Positions 44,235 to 55,439 are shown, counted from the first letter of the stretch. The stretch: DNA of 64,000 nucleotides from Synechococcus sp. (GCA_051439605.1 JBFRWN010000017.1:1-64000), one strand, 5' to 3'. The notes: generated from the sequence alone by a model not told the origin. Numbers and translations: made by a program.

Positions 44235-44480
44235 ATGCCCAACAAGCCAGACGAATTCAACGTTCATATTCTGTTGGAAGGTGGCCATCGGGAAGAGGTA
44301 AGGGTAAGTGGCCCCCAGGAAGTCACTAAGCTGATGAATACCATTTTTGTTGGCGGGGGAGGGGAAGATTTTGTCCGACTGCCCAAACCTCTAGAGAATG
44401 AGTTTCTGATCGTCCGCCCTAGCCGCGTTTGTGGGGTTTCCGTTGAAGCTGTTTTTGCTTCTAGTGTGGGCTCTTACTAG
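44235..44480 (+). CDS. Conserved cyanobacterial small hypothetical protein
   Basis: VH.LLEGGHREEVR...VRPSR...VE.VF.SS pattern. Confidence 0.75.
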   Translation: MPNKPDEFNVHILLEGGHREEVRVSGPQEVTKLMNTIFVGGGGEDFVRLPKPLENEFLIVRPSRVCGVSVEAVFASSVGSY

Positions 44481-44698
44481 TTGCTCATGCCATGTGAGGG
44501 GCTCGAGTTTACCAGCCTGTCTGTTCAGTCCAATACAGTCGTGGACATCTCAATTTGGATGACCAACTCGATCGATACACCATATGTCCAATCCCGATCG
44601 GGATTTTGTCGGATGAAATGTTCTCAGCGGCTGTTAGGCAGTTGCACCCATGATGGTGTTGGGTCAGGGGGATGAGCAGTTAGAACGCTACTCAATAC

Positions 44699-44726
44699 AA
44701 AAAGCAGCTGTAGCAAGACAGCTGCT
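44699..44726 (-). terminator. Probable terminator of the ferredoxin gene
   Basis: AGCAGCTGT-agcaag-ACAGCTGCT stem with a short U tract on the minus strand. Confidence 0.6.
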
Positions 44727-44823
44727 GGAGGAGGTTTTATCCTTGCTTCGTGGGGTCGGACAGTATGGGTGATGGTAATGAACCGATACTCGAAATCTCT
44801 CGACGATCGTTATGTCTCACCGA

Positions 44824-45141
44824 TCAAAATTCAGAGATACGAGATTCCATGTGGGTTTCGATCACGCAGTCACTTTTGGGACGACCAATGCAGAGTAGAC
44901 GGAAACCTGCTGCCCGCTGATCCTTGTTAAAGAACATTTCGGGCTGACCGGCTGAATCGTCTACATCTCCTTCGATGACACGGCCAGTGCAGGCAGAGCA
45001 CGTGCCGGAACGACAGCTGTAGGGCAACTCAATTTCTTCATACTCGGCTGCATCTAGGATGTATTCATCTTCATCCACATCCTCCAATGTTTCATCTAGA
45101 CCGATCGCCTCGTTGATCAGTCGAACTTTATATTCGGCCAT
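44824..45141 (-). CDS. Plant-type [2Fe-2S] ferredoxin (atypical paralogue)
   Basis: YILDAAE...LPYSCRSGTCSAC...LLC; AGGAG Shine-Dalgarno 9 nt before the ATG at 45141. Confidence 0.92.
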   Translation of the reverse strand: MAEYKVRLINEAIGLDETLEDVDEDEYILDAAEYEEIELPYSCRSGTCSACTGRVIEGDVDDSAGQPEMFFNKDQRAAGFRLLCIGRPKSDCVIETHMESRISEF

Positions 45142-46067
45142 TGACCTCAACTCCTGCAGAGGGTTTGTACTGTGAGCTGGGGATAGGGCGTAACAGCTGC
45201 ATCGCTTGAACCTTTAGATGTTTGCATCCGTTAGCACCAGGGAGATGGAATTCCGCCCCTCCTTCGACTCAGTTCAAGGGAAACCAGATCTTGTGCGCAA
45301 CTACGGTTGTATGTCGAGTACGCACTGCATCCCCAGGTCAGTTCAACGAGTCTAAGTCCCTTTTATCGATCCCTGCAGCAGCTTTTTCATAAATTTTAGA
45401 AATCTGTGGGATTAGAAGTGAAATAGAAGCTTCAAGTTTTATGCGGCGATGGTTCTCTCGAAAGAGATCTCAATATTTATCCGTCTAAATCCGTTGAAAC
45501 TATAAAGATTGCCGAAGCGATCGTTATCTACTGACAAAGTTTTTCTATCTCTTTGAGACTGTGCTACCTGTTCACCTTGATTGTCTCCGCGATCGCTATA
45601 GAGGGATTATTTACCTGGGGGGTGACTTGGCGCATAGCTTCTTCCCCCATCCAGTTTGCCCGTTTAAGGCAATTAACCCGATAGATCAAATTGCGGGAAC
45701 TGGAATGTGAAAGAACGTTTGCTTGGATCGGAGATCCCATTGAAAAAAGTTTTAATGGAAAAGTGTCACTTAAAGTGAACCGTAGCTGTTGCCATCTTCG
45801 TTAGGACAGTAATATCCATGTCTCTTCTAGGGAGATTGGATAGCTGAGATCTCCTCTGCGACTTGACGATCGCTCCAACAATTACTCATTTTTGTCAGTG
45901 GTGGAATGGCAGGGGAAGGCGGTTTTGAGCCGGACGGTGTGGTGAGGGTCGACGGCTCCAGCAGAGCCATATTAAAAATAAACGTCACTCCCAAGTCCAG
46001 CCTGTGGATGGGTCTGCTGTCTCGTGGTGATTATTTTGAAAAGCGTTTATGTTGAGGGACTATCACT

Positions 46068-46742
46068 ATGGCCGGTCGGGCATTGAATCTTACCATTTCC
46101 ACCCTGTTGCTGGTGGGTTGGGGGACGAGTTGTTTTGCTTCATTCGCAATGGCTCAACTTCCCCTCGACCCAGAATGGCGGCCAGTGACTCCAAAGCCCC
46201 TTCCCTCTGATGAGCTACCGTTTACTTTGCAGACCCAAATACTTCTGCGGGCGGGGGATGCATTAGGAACTCGCTTCAGCGAAGCTGACACATTGTATTT
46301 CGATCCGCGGGAAACGCGGGCTGGGTCGCTGCAACTGCGGAACGATTTACGGGATGCGGTTGGCAACGTAGTGGTACCCGCTGGGGCGTTGGTGATCGGT
46401 CAATTTCGACCGGTGGGGGATGGTACCCACTTTGTGGCTGACTCGTTGTTGGTTGGCAACCAATCATTTCCATTGGCGGCCCAGAGTCAGACCATTGCCG
46501 CCCAGCGGGATCCTCGACAAACCTCCGCAGGGGCAATTGCCCAAGATGCAGCGATTGGGGCTGGCATTGGCCTTGTTTTGTCAGCGATTACGGGCGATCG
46601 CGCGATCGCTACCGAAGAAGTCTTGGGGGCGGCGGCCCTGGGGGCTGTTGTGGGCAATGTCACAGCTCCCCACGCGATCGCGATTTCTCCAGATACAGAG
46701 ATTAATTTGACGCTGACTGAAGACTTCCAGGCACAGTACTGA
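46068..46742 (+). CDS. Exported hypothetical protein with a glycine-zipper region
   Basis: Signal peptide; AAIGAG.G..L.AITGDRAIATEEVLG motif seen in cyanobacterial envelope proteins. Confidence 0.7.
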   Translation: MAGRALNLTISTLLLVGWGTSCFASFAMAQLPLDPEWRPVTPKPLPSDELPFTLQTQILLRAGDALGTRFSEADTLYFDPRETRAGSLQLRNDLRDAVGNVVVPAGALVIGQFRPVGDGTHFVADSLLVGNQSFPLAAQSQTIAAQRDPRQTSAGAIAQDAAIGAGIGLVLSAITGDRAIATEEVLGAAALGAVVGNVTAPHAIAISPDTEINLTLTEDFQAQY

Positions 46743-46839
46743 TTCCATGCGTAGCAACGATGGGGGCGGGACTGGGCTTGGCGGCGACGGTTCCAAGTAT
46801 TGTCCCACCTGCGATCGTAAAGTTTCCCGTCAATCGGGT

Positions 46840-47688
46840 TTAGGAGCCTAAATCTAGTGACTCTAGTTGAACCCATCCAACGGCAGAGATCGCGTCCTCA
46901 GAGATTTTGAGATCGAGCAGCCTGACGAGAATGCCTCGATCCTCAAGCAGCGCAGCATCCAAGACACGACCGATGCCCCCTGCAAAGGCGTCGGCGATTT
47001 CCTCAGGAACCTCAGCATCGTTCAGCATCATGGCTGGTTCTTTCAGCAGCAGACGCTGTCCCTCTTCCACTATGATGCTGGTCGTGAAATCAATGTCTAA
47101 GGCTTGTTCGCCCAGTTCTGCGTCCTCCTCTGCGTCCCCCTCTGACTGCAACACTAGACGGGCCTTGAGCTGCAGCCGATTTTGGCCCAATAACTCGACG
47201 GTTGGGTTCTCTAAATCGAAGACTTCTGGCCCATCGCGATCGCCAAAAACTGGCACATTCGCTTCGATATCCTTAAAGTCCTCCAGGACCTCAGGGGACT
47301 GTAACGATGCGTTCAAATCGGTCTCAGTGAGTTCAAACCGCAGGGCTACCTGTAGGGGGCTATTGAGTTCGAGCGTGCCATTATTCAATCCCACCTGTAG
47401 TGGTTCGCTTTCCAGCTCTAGCAGTTGAATGCGGGGGTAAGGGGTGACTTCTAATCCTCGACCGGCCAGCAAAATGCGATCAATGCGTCCCCCTAAGAAC
47501 ATTGCGTTGGGGACGGACTGAATCCGCACTTCCAGTACCTCTGCTCGATCTAATTGCTCCATAAATGCATTTCTGGCTAGGCGATCGACTAGTAAACCTG
47601 CACTGCCCCCCAGCCCCGCCAGTATTGCTAAGAGTCCGGCAATAATTTCCATTAGATACCTCCTCGTAGGGATTGGATTGACTGTCAA
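46840..47688 (-). CDS. DUF2993/LmeA-like protein; likely start at the MEIIAG ATG
   Basis: N-terminal anchor; GRIDR..LAGRG and LTETDLNASL.SP motifs. Confidence 0.75.
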   Translation of the reverse strand: MTVNPIPTRRYLMEIIAGLLAILAGLGGSAGLLVDRLARNAFMEQLDRAEVLEVRIQSVPNAMFLGGRIDRILLAGRGLEVTPYPRIQLLELESEPLQVGLNNGTLELNSPLQVALRFELTETDLNASLQSPEVLEDFKDIEANVPVFGDRDGPEVFDLENPTVELLGQNRLQLKARLVLQSEGDAEEDAELGEQALDIDFTTSIIVEEGQRLLLKEPAMMLNDAEVPEEIADAFAGGIGRVLDAALLEDRGILVRLLDLKISEDAISAVGWVQLESLDLGS

Positions 47689-47798
47689 GTCGATAGAGAC
47701 TTGTGAGTGCCCAAAACCCTTTACAGGGCCTAGATCCGGTTGTTCTCACTGAAATACCTGTGGCTTGTAGATACCGGTGCCAGATCGGCCCTGCAATC

Positions 47799-50342
47799 TC
47801 ACATATCTACCCTATCGGGCTCTTTCACAATCGTCTCGAGCAGTTCGATCGCTTCAGGAAAATTTTGCTCTAACTGGGGATAAGAGCAGGTGTAGAGTAG
47901 GCAGTCGGTGACTGCAACGGCTCGCGCACAGGGGGTGAATAGTTGGGACAACACCTCTTCGCCAAATAGCTCTCCAGCATGCAGGGATGCCTGTCGTACT
48001 GGCATGCCGGTGGGGAGGGCACAACGATCGTCAAATAAAGCTACCGTCCCCTGAACGATGAAATAGAGATTCTGATTTTGCTGTTCTGGGTCGATGATGG
48101 TTTCTCCCGTCAGAACCTGTTGAGGGGAGAGCTGGTCCACTATCCGCTGAAACTCCGGTTGAGGAAGCCGCCGCAAGACTGTCATTTGTCGCAACATATC
48201 TGTCGGCCGCATATCTAGATTTGCCAGCGGTTGATGGGTTAGGCGGTAGCGTTTAACCTCCACATCGTGCTGTACCTCTCGCGCTACCATTGGGGGAATA
48301 TCCCCTTCTGCTTGTAAGCTTGCGAGAGCCATTAATTCTGAGTCGAGTGCGGCGGTGCGGGCCGTGCGCCGCTGGAGCAAAATGGCATACTCGGGGTAAG
48401 TTTCAGCCACTCTGTCCAGGTTGCGCATTGCCTCGACACTCATATCTCGATAGATGTTGCGGCAGGCGCTAACCTCGCTGTCGCTGGTTTCCGCCAATTC
48501 TTGATGTTGGTGTACCTCGCCAGCTACGTATGACGCCACATCAGCTATCGCAGCTTCGCACTCGTAGCGGGTTTTGAGCACCTGCAGGCGCTTGGCAGCG
48601 GCCAGGGCACTGGTAGGGGCGACTTGCTCAACGAGGCTGGCGATCGCCTCGGACAGCCTTAGATCGGGAGGAACCACGATCTCGGAGGGTGGGGGAATCT
48701 CTCCCCGTCTGACAGCGTCTCGTTTCAGATTGATGGTGAGCTGTAATTCTTGCATCACTGCTTCTGAAATGCCCCCTCGTTCGTAAACCTGGAGGAAAGC
48801 GGCTTGCTCCAAATTAAGGGCTTGTAGCCACAGCACTTGAATATCAATGCCCTGCTGCTTGTACAGGGGATCGGCCCGCAACCGTTCGAGCGTATCTCTT
48901 TGTTCTTGCACCTCCTGCTCGTACTGTTGTTTGAGGGAGTGCCGCAACCGTTGGGAAAAATGTCCCGGCTGCACGGTTTTGTTAATTTGCTTGAGGGCCG
49001 ACCGTTTGACAGCGAGGGTGGCTTGAGCTCGCAATACGCGATCGACCAGATCTGGAATATCTAACCCTAGGCGGTGAATCAGGCGCCCGATGGTAGAGCC
49101 GTTCACCAAGGCCGTGAAGAAAACCACCGATAGGGTGAGGCCCACGATGGTGCGGCGATCGAGGATCGCGGGGCTGAGGCTGAGGGCCAGAGCCACCCCG
49201 ATCGCTCCCCGCAATCCCCCCCAATACATGACCAATTGATAGCGCCAATCCACTTTGGGAGCTTTGGGAAGGCGATTGAGCAACAACGGGAACAGAACGG
49301 CGATGGTAATTCCTCGGGCAACCAGTACTGCCACAATTGCCACTGCTGCGTAACCCAACAGATCGCTCGTTGCCCCCATATCCCTCAAAACTTCTTCCGC
49401 CTTCAGTTCTCGGAGAAAGCCTGCCTGGGTCAGTCCTAGAAATAAGAAAATAAGGCTATTGGCCACGAAGGCAGCAAACTCCCAAAACTGGTGAATGCTG
49501 GTTTGAGCTTCGCGGGAATACCTCACATCCCGATACCAGCCCACTACCAAACCTGCCCCTACTACAGCCATCACCCCCGACACGTTTAAAAAGTCCTCAG
49601 CCGCAATGAATGCTAGGAATGCAGCAGTTATGGAAGTTGCCACTTGAACCATAGGATTGCCGCGTTCGAGGGGAATCAGCTTAATGGTCAGGTAGCCCAG
49701 CAGCAACCCCACCAGTCCTCCTCCGGTAAACACCACCAGAAAACTTTGAATTCCTTCGAAAACGGTGGCGAACGTAAATCCTGACGCAGTGCCAGTGTGA
49801 CTCAGCTCGATCTGGTACAAAATCAGATGGAATAGCACGATCGCTGTGGCATCGTTGAGCAGACTTTCTCCTTCCACCAAAATGGTCAGACGTTTGGGTG
49901 CTCCGAGCTCCTTGAATAGGGCGATGACTGCTACAGGATCGGTGGCTGATATCAACGCCCCGAACAACAGGGCTTGGGCGAGCGGTAGCGGAGCGAGCCA
50001 ATAGACCAGCCCCCCGACGATCCCCGTTGACATCAACAAACCGGGGATCGCCAGCAGCAGCACGGGCCCCAGATTTCGCAGCAACAGTCTGCTGTCCATA
50101 GTCAAAGCCGACTCGAACACCAAGATGGGAATAAACAGGAAGAAGATTTGCTCTTTTTGAGCCACCCCCAACCACTGCTCTCCCGTCATACCGGGGAGAA
50201 CCAAACCCAACAAGAGTCCCACGACTATCAAGCCAATGGTGTAAGGCACCCGCAAGCGCCGCAGGATGATTTCGGAGGCAATCGCAACAACGAGCAGCGC
50301 CACCACCAAAAGTTGGGCAACAAATAAGGGATCTTCTACCAT
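47799..50342 (-). CDS. CPA1 Na+/H+ antiporter with a long cytoplasmic tail and a C-terminal cNMP-binding-like domain
   Basis: ATDPVAV, EGESLLNDA, WGGLRGA; C-terminal LYFIVQGTV...GELFGE. Confidence 0.9.
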   Translation of the reverse strand: MVEDPLFVAQLLVVALLVVAIASEIILRRLRVPYTIGLIVVGLLLGLVLPGMTGEQWLGVAQKEQIFFLFIPILVFESALTMDSRLLLRNLGPVLLLAIPGLLMSTGIVGGLVYWLAPLPLAQALLFGALISATDPVAVIALFKELGAPKRLTILVEGESLLNDATAIVLFHLILYQIELSHTGTASGFTFATVFEGIQSFLVVFTGGGLVGLLLGYLTIKLIPLERGNPMVQVATSITAAFLAFIAAEDFLNVSGVMAVVGAGLVVGWYRDVRYSREAQTSIHQFWEFAAFVANSLIFLFLGLTQAGFLRELKAEEVLRDMGATSDLLGYAAVAIVAVLVARGITIAVLFPLLLNRLPKAPKVDWRYQLVMYWGGLRGAIGVALALSLSPAILDRRTIVGLTLSVVFFTALVNGSTIGRLIHRLGLDIPDLVDRVLRAQATLAVKRSALKQINKTVQPGHFSQRLRHSLKQQYEQEVQEQRDTLERLRADPLYKQQGIDIQVLWLQALNLEQAAFLQVYERGGISEAVMQELQLTINLKRDAVRRGEIPPPSEIVVPPDLRLSEAIASLVEQVAPTSALAAAKRLQVLKTRYECEAAIADVASYVAGEVHQHQELAETSDSEVSACRNIYRDMSVEAMRNLDRVAETYPEYAILLQRRTARTAALDSELMALASLQAEGDIPPMVAREVQHDVEVKRYRLTHQPLANLDMRPTDMLRQMTVLRRLPQPEFQRIVDQLSPQQVLTGETIIDPEQQNQNLYFIVQGTVALFDDRCALPTGMPVRQASLHAGELFGEEVLSQLFTPCARAVAVTDCLLYTCSYPQLEQNFPEAIELLETIVKEPDRVDM

Positions 50343-50558
50343 GGTCGCAACTCAACAGTGTGAAACGACTGGGACTAAATTATGCCGGGGACCAAACTTT
50401 GCTTGCAATCAAGCTTTGAAGGGAGAACTGCCACAGTTGAGAATCCTGTTTGAGCGCTACCCTGCAAGAGCATTATCGTTAGCCTACAGAAGACACATTC
50501 AGTAGTCCCGAGATTTTGCTGATAGAGGAAACTTCAAACCTCAGCCCTAAGACTAAGA

Positions 50559-52070
50559 ATGTTCGGCAGCACGAGTCATATGGTCGTCCCCAGTCCCAAT
50601 CCGCTCTTTCAGCTCAACTTCGACCCCGCATTGCAATCATTAGGTGCAGAGTTTTATGACCCAGTTAGCCCCGCTCATTTCCCACAACATCAGTTAAGGT
50701 GGCGCAATGACGCGCTGCTTCAGAAGTTAGGACTGGCTCCTGAACAGGTGAGCGATCGCCATTTCATCGCAGCCTTCGGCCAGTTTGAGGGACCGCAGCC
50801 CTGTCTCGCTCTGCGCTATCACGGCTATCAGTTTGGAGAATACAACCCCCGACTGGGAGATGGTCGCGGATTTGTGTACGGCCAAGTGCGAGGTACGGAT
50901 GGCGAACTGTATGACTTTGGCACCAAGGGATCGGGCAGAACCCCCTATTCCCGAGGGGGGGATGGGCGGCTGACCCTAAAAGGGGGGGTGCGAGAGGCAA
51001 TCGCCTCCGAAGCCCTGCATGCCTTGGGGGTGCGCACTTCTCGGTGCCTGAGCGCGATCGAAACGGGGGAATCCCTCTGGCGAGGGGACGAACCCTCCCC
51101 CACCCGTTCCTCAGTGATGGCGCGTTTTAGCCGATCGCACATTCGCTTTGGCACTTTCGAGCGGCTGCATCATATCAATCGGCCGGACCTTGCACGTCAG
51201 TTGCTTGACCACGTTGTTAAGCATTATTACTCACATTTAGTGGGCCAAGAAGATTGCTATTCCCGCTTTTACCTAGAGTTGGTGGAACGTACTGCCGAGT
51301 TGGCTGCCCAATGGATGGCGACAGGCTTTTGCCATGCAGTGCTCAATACCGACAACATGTCGATTACGGGGGAGAGTTTTGACTATGGCCCCTATGCCTT
51401 CCTGGGTCGCTACGATCCCAAGTTCACGGCTGCCTATTTTGACTATTGGGGACGTTACTCATATGCTAATCAACCCAGCATTTGTCGATTAAATCTTGAG
51501 GTTTTGCAGCGATCGCTAGACAAGCTGATTCCTCCAGGGGATATGGACGTGGCCCTGGCCCAATTCGACAGTCATTATCAGCGCAGCTATCGACAGCTCA
51601 TGCTGCGCAAGCTTGGCCTTGGCGAACTACCCCTGCCCACCGCTGCTGAGCTGGTACGGCTGACGCTGCAGCTGCTGAAGGTGACCACCACTGACTATGC
51701 CGATGTTTTTCACTCCTTGGTGGAGTCCTACCATCCCCAATGGTGTCAAGGGGAGGGGCAGCTGGGGATCGTGGACCGCTTAACGTTGCCTGATGAAGAC
51801 GCGCAGGAAGTTGCTCGTCAATGGCAGGACCAGTACAGCGCTGCACTGCAGCGGTTATCTCAGGAAGAATGGCCGCAGGTTGCAGCTCGGCTGCAGGGCT
51901 CAAATCTGGCGATCGTACCTACTCGACCGGTCATCGAAAGTGTATGGGAACCGATCGCAAGCGAAGACAATTGGCAGCCGTTCTATAAACTTATGCAAAC
52001 AATTCAGGCCTCCCCGCCGCTAGATGATGGTCTATCACCTGATGCGGGCAAGGTATTGGGTGCAAATTGA
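50559..52070 (+). CDS. selO: Protein adenylyltransferase SelO/YdiU family
   Basis: [42 protein letters not shown]. Confidence 0.93.
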   Translation: MFGSTSHMVVPSPNPLFQLNFDPALQSLGAEFYDPVSPAHFPQHQLRWRNDALLQKLGLAPEQVSDRHFIAAFGQFEGPQPCLALRYHGYQFGEYNPRLGDGRGFVYGQVRGTDGELYDFGTKGSGRTPYSRGGDGRLTLKGGVREAIASEALHALGVRTSRCLSAIETGESLWRGDEPSPTRSSVMARFSRSHIRFGTFERLHHINRPDLARQLLDHVVKHYYSHLVGQEDCYSRFYLELVERTAELAAQWMATGFCHAVLNTDNMSITGESFDYGPYAFLGRYDPKFTAAYFDYWGRYSYANQPSICRLNLEVLQRSLDKLIPPGDMDVALAQFDSHYQRSYRQLMLRKLGLGELPLPTAAELVRLTLQLLKVTTTDYADVFHSLVESYHPQWCQGEGQLGIVDRLTLPDEDAQEVARQWQDQYSAALQRLSQEEWPQVAARLQGSNLAIVPTRPVIESVWEPIASEDNWQPFYKLMQTIQASPPLDDGLSPDAGKVLGAN

Positions 52071-52262
52071 CCGTTCTCGGGGTGTCTATTTCAAGTGATG
52101 GTCGCCTCGATCGCAGCCATGGTTAGCTGCAAACTACCGTGCCGCACGCTGTATTCAAGGTTTGGAGGAGCTAGCAAATCGCATTCCTATGGGGGGCATC
52201 AGACCCAATTTAATTAACTCTATGGATGACTGCTATTTGCTTTTAGGCGCGAGCCCAAGAAT

Positions 52263-54425
52263 GTGTATGGGTTAACCGTGCTTCACAACATCAGCCGCCC
52301 TTCCCAATTACCCTCGCTAGATCCGACTGGCGAGCCCAGTTCTTCTGGCCAGGATCGCATTTTACAGTTGGCTGAATTTTCCTTTGAATCCACCTCTATC
52401 TCTGGGTTTTGGATTGCTCAAGATGCCAGTATTTATCGAGTAAAATCAGCCGCCTGTCAGTTTTTGGGATACTCCAAACAGGAGCTAGAATCGCTGCACA
52501 TTTTTGATATCGATCCCTCTGCTTCCTCGCAAACCTGGAGCAATCATTGGCGCAAGCTCAGGCAGCAGCGATCGATGAACTTCACCTCCCGCCATCGGAC
52601 GAAGAACGGACGGTTGTTACCGGTGGAAATCCACCTCAACTTCTTGCAATTGGGCGAGGAAGAATTCAATATCGCCTTTGCCCACGATCTAACTGCACAG
52701 CGTAAAACAGAGGCGGATTTGCGGGAAAGTCAGCAGCGTTATTCCCTGGTCATTCAAGCCACCAATGATGGGATTTGGGACTGGAATCTTGATACCGATG
52801 AAATATATTTTTCCAGTCGTTGGCAGGAAATGCTGGGGTTTGCCAACGGAGAACTCGGCAGCCGTCCGTACTCTTGGTTCCATCGCATTCACCCTCAAGA
52901 TTGGGATACTTTCCGCACAAAGCTCGAACGATACCTTGCGGGGGATGAAGGGCAACTGGAACACGAATACCGCATGCGCCACAAAGATGGCCGTTACCTC
53001 TGGGTGCTGTGCCGCGGGATGGTGCTACGAGACTATAACGATCGCATTTACCGCATTGCTGGTTCGCAGACAGACATCACGAAGCGTCATAACGCTCAAC
53101 AGCAATTAATTCACGACGCACTGCACGATCCGCTAACGGGATTACCCAATCGAAACTTCCTGCTAGGAAGCCTCGATGCAGCGATCGGGCGGCATCAGAA
53201 GGATCCCACTGCATTGTTTGCCGTACTATTTCTGGATCTCGATCGGTTCAAGGTCATTAACGACAGTTTGGGTCACAGTATGGGAGATCGGCTATTGATC
53301 GAGGTGGCCAATCGCTTGAAAACATGCGTTGGCTTGGAAGATACCGTCGCACGTTTGGGGGGGGATGAGTTTGTCATCCTGCTGAATGTCCGCAGCGAGG
53401 AGGAAGCCAACCAGGCGGTGTACAAAGTCCATCGCACTCTAACAGCCCCTCTACAGTTGGGGAAACAGCTCGTTTACCCTGCTGCCAGCATTGGTATCAG
53501 CATGAGCGAAATCGATCGCATCAGTTCTGAGGACTACCTACGTCGAGCCGATATCGCCATGTACCAGGCGAAGTCCTCCAATCAGTCAAACGTTGCGTTG
53601 TTTACCCAAGATATGCACGCCCGCGTCTCGGAGCAATTGCAGTTAGAGGTGGAACTTCAGCAGGCAATCGCGCGTAACGAACTGTTCTTGCATTACCAAC
53701 CAATTGTGTGTTTGGCGACAGGGATGGTCGTAGGGGTAGAGGCATTACTGCGCTGGACCCACACTCAGCGCGGGGGAATCCCCCCCAACGTATTTATTCC
53801 AATTGCGGAGGAGACAGGTGCGATCGTGACGATTGGGCATTGGGTCTTGCAACAGGCGTGTCGCCAAATGCATCGCTGGAGCGCTCTAAGTCCCTCGTTA
53901 GACAGTCTCTTTGTGACTGTGAATTTATCCACCCAACAGCTGGCTTAGCCGGACTTTGTGGATAGCGTTCGCTCCACCTTACATCGGGAAAACCTGCAGC
54001 CCGAACGATTGAAGCTGGAGATTACTGAAAGCTCAATTGCCCACAATACAGAAGTTGCCAGAGAGAGACTCTCTGCCCTCAAACAGAGCAATATCAGCCT
54101 TTGTATGGATGACTTTGGCACCGGTTATTCTTCTTTCAGCTACTTACACCAATTACCGATTGACTGCATCAAGATCGATCGGTCATTTGTGAATCGGCTG
54201 GAAAGCCAGCAAAACACCAAAGATATTATTCGAGCAATATTGGCGATCGCCAAAAGCCTGTGCTTGGAGGTGGTGGCCGAGGGCATTGAAACTGATGCGC
54301 AACTAGCACTGTTACGCGCGATCGGCTGCGATCGGGGACAAGGATATTTTTTGAGCAAGCCACATGCTGCTGGATCCATCACCGATTTTCTACTACAACA
54401 CTGTCGTGGTGGCGATCGCGGTTAG
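52263..54425 (+). pseudogene. PAS-PAS-GGDEF-EAL c-di-GMP enzyme interrupted by an in-frame TAG at 53946-53948
   Basis: ORFs 52263-53948 and 53958-54425 share one frame: CAG CTG GCT TAG CCG GAC TTT GTG. The first part has PAS, GGDEF and EALLRW; the second has EITE, DDFGTGYSS, KIDRSF and EGIE. Confidence 0.88.
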
Positions 54426-54487
54426 AGGATCGATTTGCATTCTGTTTGAGGGAGAAGACATTAGTCCATGGTTACAGTACTGTTCAA

Positions 54488-55387
54488 CTAAAACAGGCTG
54501 AGTTGTGCTTCTGTTGCTGTTGACTCGACTGTATCCCAGGGTAACGGTGGTAAGGCTGTGCCTTTGTTTTCAAGGCGATATTGTATTGCTTTTGCAAATC
54601 GGGGGGAATGGACTTCTTGGGGGCAATGGACGAAAAAGTAGACGTCAGTTCCCCGATCTAGCCACTCTTTCACGCGATCGCACCATTCTGTCCAGTAGCG
54701 CTCGTTGCGACGGCTATCGGGATGGCTGATGTAGCGGACGAAAGCAAATGAATGGGTGACAGTGGGTTGAAGCGGAACTTTGGGTTTCCGGCGTGGGGAA
54801 GTGGCTTGGGGATCGTCTACCCCACTGTAAATCGGACGGGTATCCAGCAACACTCGACCCACTTTGTGTTGGGCCAATAGACGATTGAGATTTCTACTGT
54901 GGGGGGCTGCGAACCAATCGGGATGGCGAACTTCTACTGCTAGCGGGACTTTAATAGGCCAATGGCTCAGAAACGCGGCTAAATCTGCAATTTGCTCGGG
55001 GCCGTAGCTGGGGGGAAGCTGGGCAAACAGAGGACCGAGGCGATTGCCCAGACCCTGCATGCGATCGATAAATGCTAGGGCTGCATCACCCCTTGGGACA
55101 AGGCGTTCTCGGTGGGTGATGTTTCTGGGGAGTTTAGGACAGAACCGGAAACTCGCAGGGGTGAGGTCGGCCCATCGACTCACCATTTCTTCAGTGGGGG
55201 TGGAATAGAAGGTTGTGTTCCCCTCTACAGCCGTCAGCCGCTCAGCGTACAGTTTCAGAAACTCTCCAGACCTGCTGCCGGTGGGATAGAAATCCCCCAG
55301 CCATCCTCGGAAAGCCCATACAGCACAACCTAAGAAAAAGCGCCCAGAGCCAGAATCGGATGGATTGGTGGAAGAGGACTGAGACAA
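54488..55387 (-). CDS. DUF72 family protein; start uncertain, TTG at 55387 avoids overlap with the next gene
   Basis: LGCAVW...W.G.FYP, VEGNTTFY, FCPKLPR.ITH, QLPP, VEVRH. Confidence 0.85.
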   Translation of the reverse strand: MSQSSSTNPSDSGSGRFFLGCAVWAFRGWLGDFYPTGSRSGEFLKLYAERLTAVEGNTTFYSTPTEEMVSRWADLTPASFRFCPKLPRNITHRERLVPRGDAALAFIDRMQGLGNRLGPLFAQLPPSYGPEQIADLAAFLSHWPIKVPLAVEVRHPDWFAAPHSRNLNRLLAQHKVGRVLLDTRPIYSGVDDPQATSPRRKPKVPLQPTVTHSFAFVRYISHPDSRRNERYWTEWCDRVKEWLDRGTDVYFFVHCPQEVHSPRFAKAIQYRLENKGTALPPLPWDTVESTATEAQLSLF

Positions 55388-55439
55388 TGGAACAAACGAC
55401 AGCAAAGTGCCAGATACAACAGGGGCAAACAGCAGCGCG

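Noticed and set aside
53946..53948. Pyrrolysine recoding of the TAG
   Set aside because: No pyl genes in the window and none known to me in cyanobacteria; a Gln codon mutation is simpler.
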